Positions 60,806-64,000 of a stretch of DNA of 64,000 nucleotides are shown in pieces. The notes under the pieces were generated by a model. The model saw only the letters and a list, made by a program, of their open reading frames with translations. It was not told where the DNA came from and did not search any database. Position 1 is the stretch's first letter; each line of letters begins with the position of its first letter. The DNA lies in contig CAWJKZ010000021.1 of assembly GCA_963843575.1 (NCBI GenBank), positions 256,001 to 320,000 on the forward strand. Reading direction: 5' to 3'. The translations under genes were made by a program, and so were the position numbers. This DNA is from an uncultured Acidobacteriota bacterium. GTDB taxonomy: Bacteria > Acidobacteriota > UBA6911.

Positions 60806-61242
60806 ACATGTGCAAGTTGCTGGATTCGTATCGGGATGGCGAACTCGCGCCGCGGCAGCGCTCCGAGTTCGAGCTTCACCTGCGATCGTGTCCGCGGTGT
60901 CGGCTCGCGCAGTCGCTCCTCAACAACATCGTCAGTTCCATCAGGGCCGGCGAGCCGGTGCTACCCTGCGGGCTGGCGGAACGCATCGCCAGCCGCGCTT
61001 TCCAGCAAAAATCGACCTGGGAAAGTTACATCATTTCGTGGCTGCGGCCCAAACCGGTATGGGCGGCGGTGGCGCTGTCGGTGCTGATCCTGTCGGGAGT
61101 GCTCGCCTGGCCAGGCAGGACGGAATCAAACGAGATGTACAGTCTCTATGAAAGTCTCTGGAGGAAAAGCACGGAAGGATATTTCCTCCAGACCGAGGAC
61201 GAGTTCATGCGCTGGGTACAGTACGACGGGAGACTGCAATGA
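60802..61242 (+). CDS. Zinc-finger (zf-HC2) membrane anti-sigma factor
   Basis: FELHLRSCPRC (HxxxCxxC); one TM segment; overlaps the sigma stop codon. Confidence 0.88.
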   Translation: MNMCKLLDSYRDGELAPRQRSEFELHLRSCPRCRLAQSLLNNIVSSIRAGEPVLPCGLAERIASRAFQQKSTWESYIISWLRPKPVWAAVALSVLILSGVLAWPGRTESNEMYSLYESLWRKSTEGYFLQTEDEFMRWVQYDGRLQ

Positions 61243-61643
61243 ACGAGCGGTTGCGTGCGTTGACAGTGCTGGCGGCAGTTTTTATTCTCGGGTGCCTCGT
61301 CGGCGGCGGACTTTTTTGTGCGTTGTCGTCCAGATTCCTTGCTCGAGAACCCGGCCCGTTCTTCGGGCCACCGCCTCCGCAGAACTGGACGGCGGCGCTG
61401 AAACTCGCGCCCGATCAGGGGGTGAAATTCCGGGAAGTTATGAAGGAGTCGCGGCTGAAAATCGACGTGGTGATGCAGGGAAACGCACCGAGAATGGAGG
61501 CGATCCGGGCCGAGATGAATCAGAAGTTAAGCGCGATCCTGAATGACGACCAGAAAAAGGAGTTCCAGGCACTGGTGCGCAGATTCGAAGAACGCATCCC
61601 CCCTTGGAAAAAGGACCACCCCAGCAATCCCCCGCCCTTTTAG
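61239..61643 (+). CDS. Spy/CpxP-like (LTxxQ-type) membrane-anchored periplasmic protein
   Basis: VFILGCLVGG anchor; LKLAPDQ and ILNDDQKKEF motifs. Confidence 0.7.
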   Translation: MNERLRALTVLAAVFILGCLVGGGLFCALSSRFLAREPGPFFGPPPPQNWTAALKLAPDQGVKFREVMKESRLKIDVVMQGNAPRMEAIRAEMNQKLSAILNDDQKKEFQALVRRFEERIPPWKKDHPSNPPPF

Positions 61644-61929
61644 GAAAGAAGACCGCCGTCCGTGGAGAGTGATGCAGGCGCAAAAGCCAATTCTCCACGT
61701 TCATCAAGGCCCCCCTTCCCGACAGCAAATCTCTGTGATGTTGAGTCTCGCCGTGCTGTCTGCATTGACATCCTGGACTTTGGGTCACGAGTTGCCGTTA
61801 CCGGGCAATCCGGGTAATGGCCTTATCAGGCCCGCAGCCAAGGGTAGGCCAGGATGGAGGATTGGGCACGGATTCGTAGAGGATTGGGGTGGTCCGGTGC
61901 GGTTTCCGTTGAATCCGATCCGCGAGGGG

Positions 61930-63300
61930 TGACAGAGTGCAGAGTTCATGCTTGGTTCATCGGTTAGCTCGTCATGGACACAGGCGGCAGGCAACCGGCC
62001 TCATAATTGCCGAGAGATCTTTCGGGTCTCCTTTGGGGGCAGACCGCGCAGTAAGTCCGCCGGTTCAGGTCGAGGCGTGCCTTGCGTGCGGCATTGCGCC
62101 CTTGGTCCAGCTCGCGCGGCACATGATCGTCCCTGCCGTAGTACATTTCATCGGGAGTCTGGCCACGGAATGCGGAGTGGGGGAGCCGCACATTGTGCTC
62201 ATCAACGTAGAACGCCACGAGACGCCGGAGCGTGGAGAGGCTGTCGAGCGAGTTCAGATAGAGCCACTGATGCTTCAGCGTCCGCCACCAAGCCTCGATC
62301 ATTGAGTTGGAGAACCTGAGCTCGGTCAGGGCGATGACGCGGCGCAGCACTCCGGATTGGATGAGCTCGTCGACATTTCGGTTGACGTTTTCCACGCCGG
62401 CGTCCGCCACGACTGTCGGAGGCGCATCTGAGCAGGCGCCGCCCTGTCCCGCTTCGAGAAGGACGGAGATCGTGCTGGCAGGATCGAACTTGTCCGCCAG
62501 CCGCCAGGCCAGAATGCGACGGGAGAAGTTGTCGATGACGGCGTGCAGGAAAGCCTTGCTGCCGTCGAGCAGCCTGATGACGGTCGTATCAATGTGCCAT
62601 ACCTGGTTTGGCTGAGTTGTTCGGAGACCGACCTTGGGCTTGGCAGGATGAACACGTAGGCGGGGACGACGCCAACCGAAGCGGTGGATGAGTGTGTACC
62701 AGGTCGAAGGGGAAGCGAAGACCTTTCCGAGCCGTTGCGCGAGGATGGCGAGGGTTCCGGTTGGAACATGGCGGTACTACTCGGACCTGACCATCTCTCG
62801 AAGTCCGGGGACAGGAGGATCGGTCGTCGAGGCGACAGGCTTTCCGCGAGCTTGTCCACGAATGGTAGCGAGCCGGAGAGAGGCGCAAGAAACGCAGCAC
62901 GGCCCGAAGAGGCAGAAACTGACGAGCAAGGTCGATGGATCGCAGCAGTGAAGCCTTGGCTTTTCCCCCCGGCACGCGCTCGTTGGCCAGGCTGAATCCG
63001 GAGATGCGCAGCAAGACGACGAGGTTACGAAGCAGAGCGAGGAGTTTCCGGATACGCCGTCGGAGCATGAGAACCTCGTGCTGGAGTTCCTGCTCCTTCA
63101 TCGAGAGGACATCGAGGGTGGGGAGATTCGTGAAGCCAGCCCATCACGGTAGACGCGGGTATCCCCAGATCTATGGCAAGGGACGGATCTCGGGAAGTGC
63201 GGACGAGCTCTTTGAGACGGTGGTCATAGGAACGCTGGGGTCGGAGTTTGACACTCATGCCCCGATCATGGATAGCCGCGGGAAAAGTTCAACCCTGTCA
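61930..63300 (-). mobile_element. Degraded DDE insertion sequence (rve integrase core), TGACAG...CTGTCA ends, 5-bp TSD AGGGG
   Basis: Transposase pieces 63258->61964: YDHRLKE...GIPASTVMGW; PNQVWHIDTT...VIDNFSR...DAGVEN...NSMIEAWWRTLK...HN...PHSAF..QTP. In-frame TAG at ~62777 plus frameshifts. AGGGG at 61925-61929 and 63301-63305. Confidence 0.85.
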
Positions 63301-63442
63301 AGGGGCAACCGAAGCTGATCAGGCAGGTAGTGCGACAGTACGAGTCGTACGAGTAGAACGTTGTTAGAACGTTTGCCCGAAAAAGCCTCTTCAGAGACAG
63401 TGAATTGAACTGGAAAAGTGTTTTTTGATGAGGCTTTTGAAC

Positions 63443-63517
<75 letters not shown>

Positions 63518-63567
63518 GCAATGGTACGAAACGCAGGCAGCTAACATACAGGCAGTGGGGCGAGTTG

Positions 63568-64000
63568 TCAATCGCCCGGCGCGCGTTTCGGCCGCGAAAT
63601 CGCAGCGGGGCGCGCGCCCGTCGCCCGGACATAGTCCGCCTGGGACAGCACGATCTGCACGCCACGCACACCTGCCGACACCGAAATCGTCCCGAACGCC
63701 TCGGCGCTCAGGTCAAGGTACACCGGGTACTCTTTCCTGCAGGCCAGGGCGGTCACGCCACCCCGGACGTATCCCGTCAACGGCTGAACCTGTTTGAGCG
63801 GCACCGTCTCGACCTTCCGGTCACCCGAGACGTGGGCGAGCGCCTTCAGGTCGAGCTCCGCGTCCCCCGGAACCACCGCCAGGCACACGCCGAACCGGTC
63901 CCCGCGGACTACCAGGGTTTTAAAGACCTGCGCCGGCGGGAACCCGATTTTGCGCGCGACGTCCTCGGCGGTGAATTCGTCACCCTCGATCGCGTATTCC
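63568..64000 (-). CDS. ybaK: Cys-tRNA(Pro) deacylase YbaK (5' end outside window)
   Basis: QVFKTLV, LDLKALA, LTGYVRGGVT and ISVSAGVRG motifs. Confidence 0.9.
   Translation of the reverse strand, partial: EYAIEGDEFTAEDVARKIGFPPAQVFKTLVVRGDRFGVCLAVVPGDAELDLKALAHVSGDRKVETVPLKQVQPLTGYVRGGVTALACRKEYPVYLDLSAEAFGTISVSAGVRGVQIVLSQADYVRATGARPAAISRPKRAPGD

Overview
GC-rich bacterial chromosome segment. The gene content (Oar/CarboxypepD-type TonB-dependent receptors, ASPIC/UnbV+TPR genes, DUF1080, DUF362, many Tat-signal enzymes) suggests Acidobacteriota, but this is inferred, not tested. Bases 1-38.5 kb hold metabolic and envelope genes: a GlpT/PgtP-type MFS, aldo/keto reductases, UxuA-like dehydratase, sulfatase, an OprC-like copper receptor preceded by a Cys-rich CruR/CutF-like ORF, and a TBDR-TPR-ASPIC cluster. 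Several REP/MITE-like palindrome families are interspersed. Bases 38504-63487 form a ~25 kb island bounded by a 45-bp direct repeat of the 3' end of tRNA-Asn(GTT) (63443-63517, minus strand), with no integrase visible. The island carries a Cpx-like two-component system with a TBDR, an orphan LptB, AraC, two decayed IS elements, and the most notable module in the window. That module is an ECF sigma / zinc anti-sigma / Spy-like operon, a BamA homolog, a TBDR and a 1,566-aa kelch/YVTN propeller protein. All four transcription units are preceded by the same GTAACA-N14-CGTA promoter-like motif, arranged as two divergent pairs. BamA and the adjacent TBDR contain about 9 single-base frameshifts within ~3 kb, which may be sequencing error. 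All product calls come from recognising motifs by eye; no database searches were run.
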